64,000 nt of DNA, from positions 45,946-109,945 of the IMG/VR virus record IMGVR_UViG_3300038505_000007; one strand, written 5' to 3'. This document shows positions 28,702-37,868 of this stretch, piece by piece. The translations under genes and the position numbers were made by a program. Origin of the DNA: a virus. How positions within the stretch are numbered: position 1 is the stretch's first letter; each line of letters starts with the position of its first letter. The notes under the pieces were generated by a model. It saw only the letters and a list, made by a program, of their open reading frames with translations, was not told the DNA's origin and made no database searches.

Positions 28702-29454
28702 ATGCTCGTATATAACACTACATCAGAGGCTTACTTAGGAACCCTAAAAGACATAATCACTAACACCGATTACGTCTCTTCTCCAAGAGGATTAAAGATA
28801 CTGGAGAAGATGAATTACTCTTTTAAGGTGTTGAACCCATCTGATTCACCAATAGTGACCATGTCAGAGAACAGAAACAAGAAGATTGCCTCTTACACTG
28901 AGAAAGAGAAACAGCTATACGAGAGTTGCTCAAATAGAGTAGAGGACTTTGCTAAAGCTTCTAAATTCTGGGAGCAGATAGCAAACCCAGACGGTACAAT
29001 AAACTCAGCATATGGCTACTTGATTTGGAAAAACAAATCCCATGGAGGTACTTTTGACTCAGAAAAAATCACTCCCTGGGAGTGGGCTAAAACTTCTCTC
29101 ATAAGAGATAAAGACACTAGGCAGGCAATCCTTAGGTTCTCTTTGCCAGAGCACCAATGGAGCGGAAATAAAGATCAAGTCTGCACAATGCACGGTATCT
29201 TTCATATAAGAGACAACAAGCTGCATCTCACCATCAACATGAGATCCAACGACGTAGTACTAGGTCTAGCATACGACATGCCTTGGTTTTGCTCATTGAT
29301 TGATAAGATGCTCCAAGAACTAAAGCCTGTCTATCCAGAGCTTTCAAAGGGAACATACACGCACATAGTGCACTCAATGCATGTGTACGAGAAAGATATC
29401 AATCTAGTAAATGAGATGCTAGGTGTGACAAATGAGAATACCGGTTCTAGATAA
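28702..29454 (+). CDS. thymidylate-synthase-fold enzyme, dCMP hydroxymethylase (T4 gp42)-like
   Basis: TRQA, DQVCT (catalytic Cys), MRSNDVVLGLAYD with Asp at the TS Asn177 position, HSMHVY. Confidence 0.8.
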   Translation: MLVYNTTSEAYLGTLKDIITNTDYVSSPRGLKILEKMNYSFKVLNPSDSPIVTMSENRNKKIASYTEKEKQLYESCSNRVEDFAKASKFWEQIANPDGTINSAYGYLIWKNKSHGGTFDSEKITPWEWAKTSLIRDKDTRQAILRFSLPEHQWSGNKDQVCTMHGIFHIRDNKLHLTINMRSNDVVLGLAYDMPWFCSLIDKMLQELKPVYPELSKGTYTHIVHSMHVYEKDINLVNEMLGVTNENTGSR

Positions 29455-30031
29455 TGGCTTTGTAGAGCTATTAGATTCTTGCATGACCACTAAGAAATTG
29501 AGAGAAATCGGCTGGTCATACTACACAGATGCTAAGACAAAAAATCTAGCAGTGTCAGGCGGAGAGCTCGAGACTCCGCCTACGTATCCAGTGGAGCTAG
29601 AAAAAGCTGGCTACCTCGTGTTAGGAATTAAGTGTCCATTGTTTTTTCAACTCTTCTTGTCTTTTTACGATATTAAGATAATAAACGCAGACATCAATAA
29701 GGGCCTCTCGAAAGTCGAGGCTTATAAACCAAACTTCACAGAGATTGGGTGTTCAGATATAGAGGACTCAAAAGTCATAGCTGACGACATATCTAGAACA
29801 ACAGACGCATTGCTTATAAACCCGCTCGCCTACCAAGCAGATGGAGCCGAGAAGTTTGTATCACAAGTCATAATGCCGTTATCTACATATACAACCATAA
29901 TAGCGTACGGCGAGTACAATTCTTGGGTAGAAATGCTTAAGAGACTCTACGACAAGAACAAGAAAACACCGAGACAAATACTTGACTACATACAAGCTAT
30001 AGAGCAAATAGTAAAAGCAGAGTGGACATAG
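29432..30031 (+). CDS. degenerate ThyX-fold protein lacking catalytic motifs
   Basis: MRIPVLDNGFVELLD, IKCPLFF, VIMPLSTYT, QILDYIQAI align to ThyX; no RHR...SxRY. Confidence 0.7.
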   Translation: MRIPVLDNGFVELLDSCMTTKKLREIGWSYYTDAKTKNLAVSGGELETPPTYPVELEKAGYLVLGIKCPLFFQLFLSFYDIKIINADINKGLSKVEAYKPNFTEIGCSDIEDSKVIADDISRTTDALLINPLAYQADGAEKFVSQVIMPLSTYTTIIAYGEYNSWVEMLKRLYDKNKKTPRQILDYIQAIEQIVKAEWT

Positions 30032-30062
30032 GATTGAGTAAGTCGTAAAACAAAGGAGTGTT

Positions 30063-30296
30063 ATGGTTTTTGCCGTCTTAGCATTAATCGTAATCAGCGC
30101 CTGGGTGAGCCCCATACATAAAAAAGACACGAACATAGCACATAAAAACATATGTACAATAGAGGTATATTCTTACAAAATAAACCAAAGAGAGACTATT
30201 CATGTTAAATACGGGGAGAGCTGTAACCCAGAGCTTCTACAACCAGTACGAAGCAGCTCTACTGATGTATACACTAACAGAGAGAGTATCAAATAA
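30063..30296 (+). CDS. small protein with N-terminal hydrophobic segment
   Basis: AAGGAG SD; two Cys. Confidence 0.55.
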   Translation: MVFAVLALIVISAWVSPIHKKDTNIAHKNICTIEVYSYKINQRETIHVKYGESCNPELLQPVRSSSTDVYTNRESIK

Positions 30297-30326
30297 CTCA
30301 ATAATGAACACGAGATAGGAGAGAAG

Positions 30327-30596
30327 ATGACAAGAGGTAAGAGAGTAATCAGAGGAAGAAAACCCAAACCACTTGGATACCTAAATCCTGATTCTTTTAT
30401 AGAGGAGATCGTTGAACAAGAGGTTGAGTTTGTCTGCCCTAAGAGGGGAAGAGTGAAAGAAAAAGTAATGGTAAAGAAATTAAGACCCGTCACCGTTGAA
30501 GACGTTAAGACTGTTCTTATAGAAGACATTGTTCTTAATTTAGAGAAAGAATCAGAAGATCAAGAGATCTCTGAGGAGAACGAAGAAGATGAATAG
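30327..30596 (+). CDS. hypothetical protein
   Basis: AGGAG SD. Confidence 0.65.
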   Translation: MTRGKRVIRGRKPKPLGYLNPDSFIEEIVEQEVEFVCPKRGRVKEKVMVKKLRPVTVEDVKTVLIEDIVLNLEKESEDQEISEENEEDE

Positions 30597-31050
30597 TAGT
30601 GTTAAAAATAAGGCAGCCGTATACATGGATGTAGCAGAGGCAGTAGCTCAACGGTCTCCTGACGCAGAAACAAAAGTTGGAGCCGTTCTAGTAAACAACA
30701 ATACTGGGGCTATATTAGCAACCGGCTACAACGGCTTTGTAAGAGGAGCAAAAGACGAAGAGCTGCCCAATACTAGGCCAGAAAAATACGAATACATGAT
30801 ACATGCAGAGCAAAATCTTATATCTAACTGCGCTAGGCATGGTATATCCACAGATAACTGTACGCTTGTTTGTACGATGACTCCGTGTAAGAGCTGCATG
30901 AGGATGTTAATAAACACTGGAATAACAAAGATTATCAGCAAAAACCTATACAAGGACTTCAAAGAAATACTTGAGATGCGTGATGTTTGTATAGACTTAG
31001 ACTACGACCAAGAAAATAATTTTTATGTCATACAGTACAGACCTAGATAA
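30589..31050 (+). CDS. dCMP deaminase
   Basis: VGAV, TGYNG, HAEQN, TMTPCKSC zinc motifs. Confidence 0.93.
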   Translation: MNSSVKNKAAVYMDVAEAVAQRSPDAETKVGAVLVNNNTGAILATGYNGFVRGAKDEELPNTRPEKYEYMIHAEQNLISNCARHGISTDNCTLVCTMTPCKSCMRMLINTGITKIISKNLYKDFKEILEMRDVCIDLDYDQENNFYVIQYRPR

Positions 31051-31071
31051 AAACAAACTAGTTGTTTTTAT
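31047..31071. terminator. perfect 10-bp inverted repeat at end of + strand block; IS insertion site
   Basis: ATAAAAACAA-ACTAG-TTGTTTTTAT. Confidence 0.5.
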
Positions 31072-31159
31072 AAGAGATAGGTGTAAAACCCCTACGCCTT
31101 CAGGCTAGGGGATATAAGCCCTAATGACCTTGTTCTTGAATATATTTTTGGATAATCTC

Positions 31160-31188
31160 TTGACATACACTAATACTTTGTATATACT
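31160..31188 (+). promoter_or_regulatory. sigma-70 promoter of tnpB
   Basis: TTGACA-17 nt-TATACT. Confidence 0.8.
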
Positions 31189-31220
31189 TATAGTATATAC
31201 GAAAAGAGGGGTGAAGGTCA

Positions 31221-32329
31221 ATGATTGTAAATAAGGCATATAAATTTAGAATTTATCCAAACAAAGAACAAGAAATATTAATTAATAAAACATTTGGTTG
31301 CTCCCGATTTGTATTTAATCATTTTTTAGCAAAATGGGACAATGCTTACAAAGAAACAGGAAAAGGTCTAACTTATAATTCTTGTTCTGCTCAGTTAACA
31401 CAATTAAAAAAGAATTAACTTGGCTAAAAGAAGTAGACAAATTTTCACTCCAAAACTCTTTAAAAGACTTAGACAAGGCATTTAAAAACTTCTTTGAAGG
31501 TAATGCAAAATATCCAAAGTTTAAGTCAAAGAAAAACAAACACCAAAGTTATAGAACAAACTTTACAAATAACAATATTAAAATAGAAGGCAACAGAATA
31601 AAACTTCCTAAATTGGGATGGGTAAAGTTTGTAAAATCAAGGGAAGTAGAAGGTAAAATCTTAAATGTAACTGTCAGTAGAACGCCTATTGGCAAGTATT
31701 ATGTATCAATATGTTGTAAAATAGATGAAGTTGATAAAAAGCCTACCACTAATAAGATGATAGGCATAGATTTAGGTATAAAAGATTTTCTTGTAGATAG
31801 CGATGGGGAATAAAATACCGAATTCCAAGTATTTAATTAAGTTGGGAAAAAGACTTATCAAAGAACAAAGGAAACTTTCTAAAAAGCAGGTGGGAAGTAG
31901 TAACTTCTACAAACAAGCAAAAAAGTAGCAAAGATACATGAAAAGATAAGAAATCAAAGGGAAGACTTTTTGCACAAGTTGTCCTCTAAAATTATAAACG
32001 AAAACCAAGTTATAATTTTAGAGGATTTAAAGGTTAAAAATATGTTGAAGAATGATAGGTTATCGAAGTTCATATCAGACAGTGCATGGGCAAAATTTGT
32101 AAAAATGCTTGAGTATAAAGCATTATGGTATGGAAGAGCGATAGTAAAAGTAGATACATTTTATCCATCAAGTCAGATTTGCAGTGTATGTGGTTATAGA
32201 AATGAGAAGGTAAAGGATTTGAGCATAAGGGAATGGGAATGTCCGAAATGTGGAGCAAGGCATGACAGAGATATAAATGCCAGCATAAATATAATGAACG
32301 AAGGTAAAAGAATACTGGGTATTGCTTAA
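31221..32329 (+). pseudogene. tnpB: frameshifted TnpB RNA-guided nuclease
   Basis: [12 protein letters not shown], RuvC IGIDLG / ILEDL / HDRDINA, Zn finger CSVC..CPKC; frameshifts near 31410, 31811 and 31920. Confidence 0.92.
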
Positions 32330-32513
32330 GCAATATAACAACGTAGGGTAGGGACTACCCGAAGTTACGCCTGTGGACACTGGAGGTTACAGCCGACAAA
32401 AGCAGTGCTGGTGGATGAAGCAGGAATCTCGCGACTTTAGTCGTGAGAGGTTTAAAGAGCTAAATTAGCACACCTTAGCATACCTCACCCATCTGGGCTA
32501 AACAGAAAATTAA

Positions 32514-32541
32514 ACGACCCCAGGTTTGAGCCTGAGGTCGT
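32514..32541 (-). terminator. intrinsic terminator closing the - strand structural block
   Basis: On - strand ACGACCTCAGG-CTCAAA-CCTGGGGTCGT followed by TTAATTTT. Confidence 0.65.
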
Positions 32542-32563
32542 AAAAAATATAAAACAATACGTG

Positions 32564-32842
32564 TTAAATAAGGCTTGAAAGCTCTTGTGCGGATTTTTTA
32601 CTAGACAGAGCTGAAACAACTCTACCCCAAACATTGTGTCGGGTTTTCTTAGGAATCCCTGCTCCGGCTAAAACTGCCTGCTCTAACTCTTTAGCAGCGC
32701 TAGCGCTACCTAAAGCAAAAGACCACATCTTCATTAGGTGAGCACTGAACTGAGCTGGAGAGGCTAAAAGTATCTCCATCTCCTCTAGAGCCTTATTAGT
32801 CTTAAGAGCAAGAAGTAGTCGTCTTTTTAAATCTTTAGTCAT
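32564..32842 (-). CDS. hypothetical protein
   Basis: AGGAGGT SD. Confidence 0.7.
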   Translation of the reverse strand: MTKDLKRRLLLALKTNKALEEMEILLASPAQFSAHLMKMWSFALGSASAAKELEQAVLAGAGIPKKTRHNVWGRVVSALSSKKSAQELSSLI

Positions 32843-32851
32843 TTTGACCTC

Positions 32852-33268
32852 CTAGTGTTTGTATCTTAATAATTCAAAAATACCTTTAATTGCGCCGACC
32901 AGCAAGCCTAAAAATGCGGCCACAGCTCCTATTACTTTAAAACCAGTCTTAAATCTCACAAGCGGCTCTATTTCTGACTTTATATTGTCCTGTTCTTGCT
33001 GCAGTACTTGTAGTATGCCTTCTACTGCCTCTGTTCTTCTCATGTGCTCTTGTAGAGAATCGGTGTTTTTAGCAAGAATCTGGTTCAACCTATGCAGCTC
33101 TTGCTGCATCAACTTATCTTGCTCAATATGGTTCTCAAAAGAGACAGTGTGCTTTATTAAATGATTATTAATATCATGAACAGTCTTAGATATGTCTTCT
33201 AGCTTATCATGTACACTATAGATGGCTACAGCAGAGTTTTTCTTAACACTAGAAGGCTTTTTTCGCAT
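32852..33268 (-). CDS. coiled-coil protein with C-terminal TM (holin/lysis-associated candidate)
   Basis: Heptad pattern then VIGAVAAFLGLLVGAI. Confidence 0.6.
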   Translation of the reverse strand: MRKKPSSVKKNSAVAIYSVHDKLEDISKTVHDINNHLIKHTVSFENHIEQDKLMQQELHRLNQILAKNTDSLQEHMRRTEAVEGILQVLQQEQDNIKSEIEPLVRFKTGFKVIGAVAAFLGLLVGAIKGIFELLRYKH

Positions 33269-33323
33269 GAGTGCACCCCTATTTTAATCATATTCTATCA
33301 CAAATAGGGGTATAAAACTCTAA

Positions 33324-33530
33324 TTATTTAGAGTCGCCAGCGATTACACTTGATAGCTTTTGAAGCTCAGTTATGGCACCCACTAGCTGATGTATCCTTA
33401 CCTGGATCTCTTCATCTCTCTGTTTTAAAGACTCCCTCTCCTCATGAAGGGAGGATATCTCCTCATGGGCGGCCTTTAAGCGATGCTGGATTATAGATAG
33501 GAACTCTTGAACATCAGAGATATCGCTCAT
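33324..33530 (-). CDS. small coiled-coil protein
   Basis: ATG 7 nt after AGGTATAAT. Confidence 0.6.
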   Translation of the reverse strand: MSDISDVQEFLSIIQHRLKAAHEEISSLHEERESLKQRDEEIQVRIHQLVGAITELQKLSSVIAGDSK

Positions 33531-33553
33531 GTATTATATTATACCTATGATGG

Positions 33554-33862
33554 CTACTCTTCTTTCGCGCCAGACATCTTTTTGTCTTCTTGAGACACAG
33601 AGAGCTTTCTTCCAAAATAAAGGGCACAACTAGTCCAAAAAAACTCCATAGATTGCGAAACGTTTATCTGACCACCAGTCTTCGACTCTATCATTGGAGC
33701 CATTATAGATAATATGACAGTTATAGAAGATATAAATACTAAAGTGAGCGAGACAGACCCCTTGTTTGTCTTTGGGTCTTTTATCATAGGCACTGGAACG
33801 CCATTAACGTTTAACGACTCAAGTTTTTCAGATAATATAGATAGATACTTCAACAACATCAT
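33554..33862 (-). CDS. two-TM holin-like protein
   Basis: SVSLTLVFISSITVILSI and FFWTSCALYFGRK with charged C-terminus. Confidence 0.55.
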   Translation of the reverse strand: MMLLKYLSILSEKLESLNVNGVPVPMIKDPKTNKGSVSLTLVFISSITVILSIMAPMIESKTGGQINVSQSMEFFWTSCALYFGRKLSVSQEDKKMSGAKEE

Positions 33863-34350
33863 TTGCGGTCTCTACAATAAGAGTTAAGCAGGTTAAACAC
33901 GTCTTTAGGCGTCATCAAATTTGGCTCTTTAAGTAGCTCAAAACCAGAACTCGCTAACACCTCAGACACAAGCTCAGAGCAATTCTTGCCTTTACTGATA
34001 GGGTTCCTCTTTAATCCAAATAAGTCCGATATCACTATTCCTATATTTTGCCAGAAGCCATACTCTATGCCAGCATAATCTATGAGCTGACGCATTAAAT
34101 CTAAATATGCCTCTTCTTTTACAGGAAGGCTGAACTCCACCACTGTGTGGTTCCTCCTCTTCCACTCGTTTGAGCCAACAAACTTAACGCCGCCCCCTGC
34201 TGACTCGTAGATTATGTTTCTGTTTAACGTGTCTGAGTAAAACCTTATATATGTGTGGCTAAAATCTGTCCCCATGTACCACTGTATTAGCTTACTAAAC
34301 ACAGGAAACCTTAACGACGACCTAGAAAAGCCAACATACATGTTTCTCAT
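33859..34350 (-). CDS. permuted papain-like NlpC/P60 (YiiX/YebB-type) enzyme
   Basis: N-terminal FSHT (His), IYES..GV, C-terminal NCSELV (Cys), MTPKD. Confidence 0.75.
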   Translation of the reverse strand: MRNMYVGFSRSSLRFPVFSKLIQWYMGTDFSHTYIRFYSDTLNRNIIYESAGGGVKFVGSNEWKRRNHTVVEFSLPVKEEAYLDLMRQLIDYAGIEYGFWQNIGIVISDLFGLKRNPISKGKNCSELVSEVLASSGFELLKEPNLMTPKDVFNLLNSYCRDRK

Positions 34351-34360
34351 AAAATCATCT

Positions 34361-36184
34361 CTATAACACTTGTCTTATTATCTTATAAGTCACCACCCAT
34401 CTAACATTATTGTTAGCAGCCCCGTTGACAGTCAATATAATTAGGTTAGGAGATTGGACGCCTAGGCTAGCATTCCAAGAAGCTTGATCTTCAGAAGTAT
34501 ACGTAGACTGCTGTGTCAGCATAGTGACTGTTCCACCGTTGTTTTTAAACCTAGCTGCCCTGATGTAGGATGCACTGTCGAGCGGAGACCCTGCTGTTCC
34601 ACCTGTCCTTAATGCTAGAACGTGAGCCTCTACTAAATACACTTCGCTTTGAGTAATAGACGCAGTATGTATCAAGATATTTGAAGGCGTGCCGTTGGTT
34701 GTAGTGAGCTCGCTCTGTCCCCACCACGTTTCATTGTTTCCAGTTATAGATAGAAGCACTCTTCCGTTAAACCTAGATGTGCCGTAAACATGCAGAGTAT
34801 CTTGAGGAACAGACGTGGCTACACCTAAGCGACCGTTAGCATAGTCCCAGAACAAGTTGGGGTTATCCTCAGAGATAGCACCAGAAGGACCAGCGAACAA
34901 GACTGAACCAGGGGTCAACGAAGATAGAGTTAAACCACTAAACGTAGGAGAAGCAGTTGTTTTTATATCTTGAGCTGTGTCTAGCTGGATAGAGCCTGGG
35001 CCGTTTGTTATGACTACGCTATTAGAGCCGTTCTGTGTTATATTTGCTGGAACAGGAGCGCCTCCTGTGCTTCCGATAAGCAGCTGGCCATTATTCAAAG
35101 CTGGCGCTTCTACTATCTGACCAGACTGAGACCACATTATCCTGTTGTTAACCAGAGGCCCGCTCCAGTTTGTTCCTCCGTTGGCTATAGGAAGAACACC
35201 TGTTATATCTCCAGTTGATAGGTCTACCTGGCTGTTTATTAAGTTTCCGTTAGCGTCGGTCTTAACAAATTGAGGCAAGTTCAAAGATGTTATTCTAGCT
35301 GTACCTACTACGTGGAGGTTAGCAGTAGGAGACCCGGTACCTACGCCTAACGAGGACAGCGTGTTCACCCACACGAAGTTTGAGTCAGCTGTTATTGTGT
35401 TAGAAGTAGCCCAAAAAGCTATCGTATTGTTAGCACCAGAGTTTCCTAATATGAGCTTTCCGCTCTCGTCAGGTAGGTTGTATTCCCTATCTTGAGACAG
35501 TAGATTTAAACTTAATTTAGCCGTGTTAGCAGAATAAGGTACAAGCAGGTCCCACCCCTCTCTGTCTTGAGACACAGTGAGAGAGGCTACTATATTTGAG
35601 TTCTCCTCTATTTCTATACCAGATCCAGACGACGAGTTGACAGGTCCGTTCTTATTTAACGTGATAGTGGGGTCTACGATAGTCGTAACAGTAGAGTTAA
35701 TGGAGGTCAAGGACCCGTTTACTGTTAAGTCGCCTTGCACGACAACGTTGTCGTTGAAAGTCTTGTTCCCGTTGATAGTCTGAGATCCCTCTGTGAGCAC
35801 AAAATCAGCAGAAGATATAGTATTACCTGGGTTAGGGATTGTATATGTTATAGGAGTCGACCTAGCAGGGTGGCTATCGTGCTGAACAACTACAGGCTGT
35901 AAGTTCTGGACATACACGTCGTCCACCGTGTTTCCAGTAGAAGGGTAAACAGGAATCCTTCCTCCTACTCCGTTTAACACAGTACCAGAGACCGCTAACG
36001 TGTTTACTTGATCCCAGTCTGTGTTTAGTGGACCGGTTTTTACATACACACGCCCAACTGTTCCATCATTCCACATAGCTATGGAGCCTATAAACGCAGG
36101 CGTTCCAGGTCCAATAGATGGATCATTGTCTACCTGAAGTATCTCGACTTCGTTATCTGTTAGTCGACCTATTATATTTGCCAT
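34361..36184 (-). CDS. virion fibre-like protein (607 aa)
   Basis: Gly/Asn/Thr-rich beta repeats (QTINGNKTF, LPIANGGT, LGVGTGSP); shares N-terminal module with 36619-37857 and C-terminal module with 37869-38831. Confidence 0.75.
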   Translation of the reverse strand: MANIIGRLTDNEVEILQVDNDPSIGPGTPAFIGSIAMWNDGTVGRVYVKTGPLNTDWDQVNTLAVSGTVLNGVGGRIPVYPSTGNTVDDVYVQNLQPVVVQHDSHPARSTPITYTIPNPGNTISSADFVLTEGSQTINGNKTFNDNVVVQGDLTVNGSLTSINSTVTTIVDPTITLNKNGPVNSSSGSGIEIEENSNIVASLTVSQDREGWDLLVPYSANTAKLSLNLLSQDREYNLPDESGKLILGNSGANNTIAFWATSNTITADSNFVWVNTLSSLGVGTGSPTANLHVVGTARITSLNLPQFVKTDANGNLINSQVDLSTGDITGVLPIANGGTNWSGPLVNNRIMWSQSGQIVEAPALNNGQLLIGSTGGAPVPANITQNGSNSVVITNGPGSIQLDTAQDIKTTASPTFSGLTLSSLTPGSVLFAGPSGAISEDNPNLFWDYANGRLGVATSVPQDTLHVYGTSRFNGRVLLSITGNNETWWGQSELTTTNGTPSNILIHTASITQSEVYLVEAHVLALRTGGTAGSPLDSASYIRAARFKNNGGTVTMLTQQSTYTSEDQASWNASLGVQSPNLIILTVNGAANNNVRWVVTYKIIRQVL

Positions 36185-36212
36185 ATACGTCTCCGTCTAT
36201 TAGTTTATTCTA

Positions 36213-36608
36213 TCATAAAGTTGAAGCCAAAATGAAGATGTCGTCTATCTGCTTGCTAGACAACCCAAGCAACGGTGCAAGCTGATTTATTAAAGGGTTG
36301 TTTCGCTGAAACTCAACAGAATACTCCCAGGCTATTAAAGCTATCTCCTTATTTGGAGAGGGAAGACTATCTATGATAGCCTCAATAGAGGACAAAGATA
36401 TACCGCTCAGCACCAATGCAGTTCTAATCTGCCTAGGCGTTACAGAGAGCGGCACGGTATTTTGAGGCGGAGGCAATATAGGTTCGTTGGGGTCTAATTT
36501 ATTTAATAATAAAGACTTGGTGTGTTCGTCTAACCCCTGAAAATCTACATCTTGCAATAAAGATTCTTTATCCGCAAATTCTTTGCCATTTAATACAACC
36601 ATTCCCAT
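36213..36608 (-). CDS. fibre-associated protein (putative assembly chaperone)
   Basis: SVTPRQIR.AL...AWEYS..FQRNNPLI...LGLS..QIDDIF..A pattern; lies between fibre genes. Confidence 0.7.
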   Translation of the reverse strand: MGMVVLNGKEFADKESLLQDVDFQGLDEHTKSLLLNKLDPNEPILPPPQNTVPLSVTPRQIRTALVLSGISLSSIEAIIDSLPSPNKEIALIAWEYSVEFQRNNPLINQLAPLLGLSSKQIDDIFILASTL

Positions 36609-36618
36609 ATTATCCCTC

Positions 36619-37857
36619 CTATCCTACCCTTTTAATTAAAAAATACCCGTCTGTTAACGTTACGGCCGATCCAGACACTTCTGATCTAATTTGTAATGAC
36701 GGAACAACACCAGTTGTTGTGTTAAAAAACCCTTCCACTATAGCCAAATTATCTGTTGTTGCCGTAGAGCTTGGGGCTACATAGTTATCAGCAGCTGTTA
36801 ATTGTGTCCTATCCCAAAACATAGTTGTCGATCCGTTAGTTCCAGCAGAAATACTCCAATGCAAAAACATACTACTATACGAACCAGAATTGGCAGCAAA
36901 ACGTATTCCTATACCTGTACTCGTAGCAGCACTGTTAAATGTAAAAAAGCCTCTTACCTCATAACGCCCAGAAGGCAGGGTATTTATAGCTGTAATAGGC
37001 ACGTTTGTCCAGTTTATCGTGTTATTTGAGGCTGTGTTTGTTACATACACATATTGCTCCAAGGTCCATATGCCAGCTATAAAATGTGAAAGACAATTGC
37101 GCGTTGTGTTAAACACGGTCAGATATGATGCCGGGCTTGAAATAGCATTTATTTGAGACTCAGTCAATCTCGGAATTAAAATACCTTGGCTTGCCGATCT
37201 TACTTCCAAAGCAGCAGATGTAGGCTGGTCATTGGTCAAAAACCCAACCCCAAACCCAGAACCATTTAATTGCGCATATCTATTGCTTACCGCACTTCTT
37301 TGAACAATTCTATTTTGCGAAGCCACCAAAGTATCGTCAGCTAAAAGACCTGTTAAAATGTCGTCATTATTTACAGCACGGCCTAAAAGCGGCATTATGG
37401 TCGAGGTACTATCCAAATAGCCCAATACAAAAGGTCCTGTATTAAAAGGTGTTCTTAAAAATAGCCCATTATTTCCTGTATAATACCCGGAGAAAATACC
37501 GAATAATGCATTTGTATTGCTAGGATGCCTAAACGTTTGCGATCCTGTAAAGTTATTGCCGTTATACAAATTAGCCTTGTCCAGTCCCAATAAATCCAAA
37601 GCATCCTTTACGTTATCGACCGATCCGAAAAAAGAAACAAGCGTGCTAAAAGACACTTGGTTGGCGGGAATCGGAAGATTGTACGTAAACACGTTACTCC
37701 AATCTATGTTTGAAGGCCCTGTCTTCTGATAAACACCAGAACCGTCAGTCATTATAGCTAACGAACCAATAGGAGCATCCACTGGAGACACGTTAGGAGC
37801 AGCATCTACTTCTAATAGAAGTATCTCGTTTAAAGTTATCTGACCAAGTACTGCCAT
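36619..37857 (-). CDS. virion fibre-like protein (412 aa)
   Basis: APIGSLA...YQKTG...DW N-terminal module; SAALEVRSASQGILIPRLT module. Confidence 0.7.
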   Translation of the reverse strand: MAVLGQITLNEILLLEVDAAPNVSPVDAPIGSLAIMTDGSGVYQKTGPSNIDWSNVFTYNLPIPANQVSFSTLVSFFGSVDNVKDALDLLGLDKANLYNGNNFTGSQTFRHPSNTNALFGIFSGYYTGNNGLFLRTPFNTGPFVLGYLDSTSTIMPLLGRAVNNDDILTGLLADDTLVASQNRIVQRSAVSNRYAQLNGSGFGVGFLTNDQPTSAALEVRSASQGILIPRLTESQINAISSPASYLTVFNTTRNCLSHFIAGIWTLEQYVYVTNTASNNTINWTNVPITAINTLPSGRYEVRGFFTFNSAATSTGIGIRFAANSGSYSSMFLHWSISAGTNGSTTMFWDRTQLTAADNYVAPSSTATTDNLAIVEGFFNTTTGVVPSLQIRSEVSGSAVTLTDGYFLIKRVG

Positions 37858-37868
37858 ATATTCTCCTA

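Larger units (their letters stand above)
31072..32455 (+). mobile_element. non-autonomous IS200/IS605-family (IS1341-like) element with tnpB only
   Basis: Left hairpin CCCCTA..CTTCAG..TAGGGG preceded by TTTAT; right end GAATCTCGCGACTTTAGTCGTGAGAGGTTTAA; no tnpA; end positions inferred. Confidence 0.85.

Noticed and set aside
31400-31925. Programmed frameshifting restoring TnpB
   Set aside because: Three separate shifts including a 1-nt insertion would be needed; decay or sequencing error is simpler.
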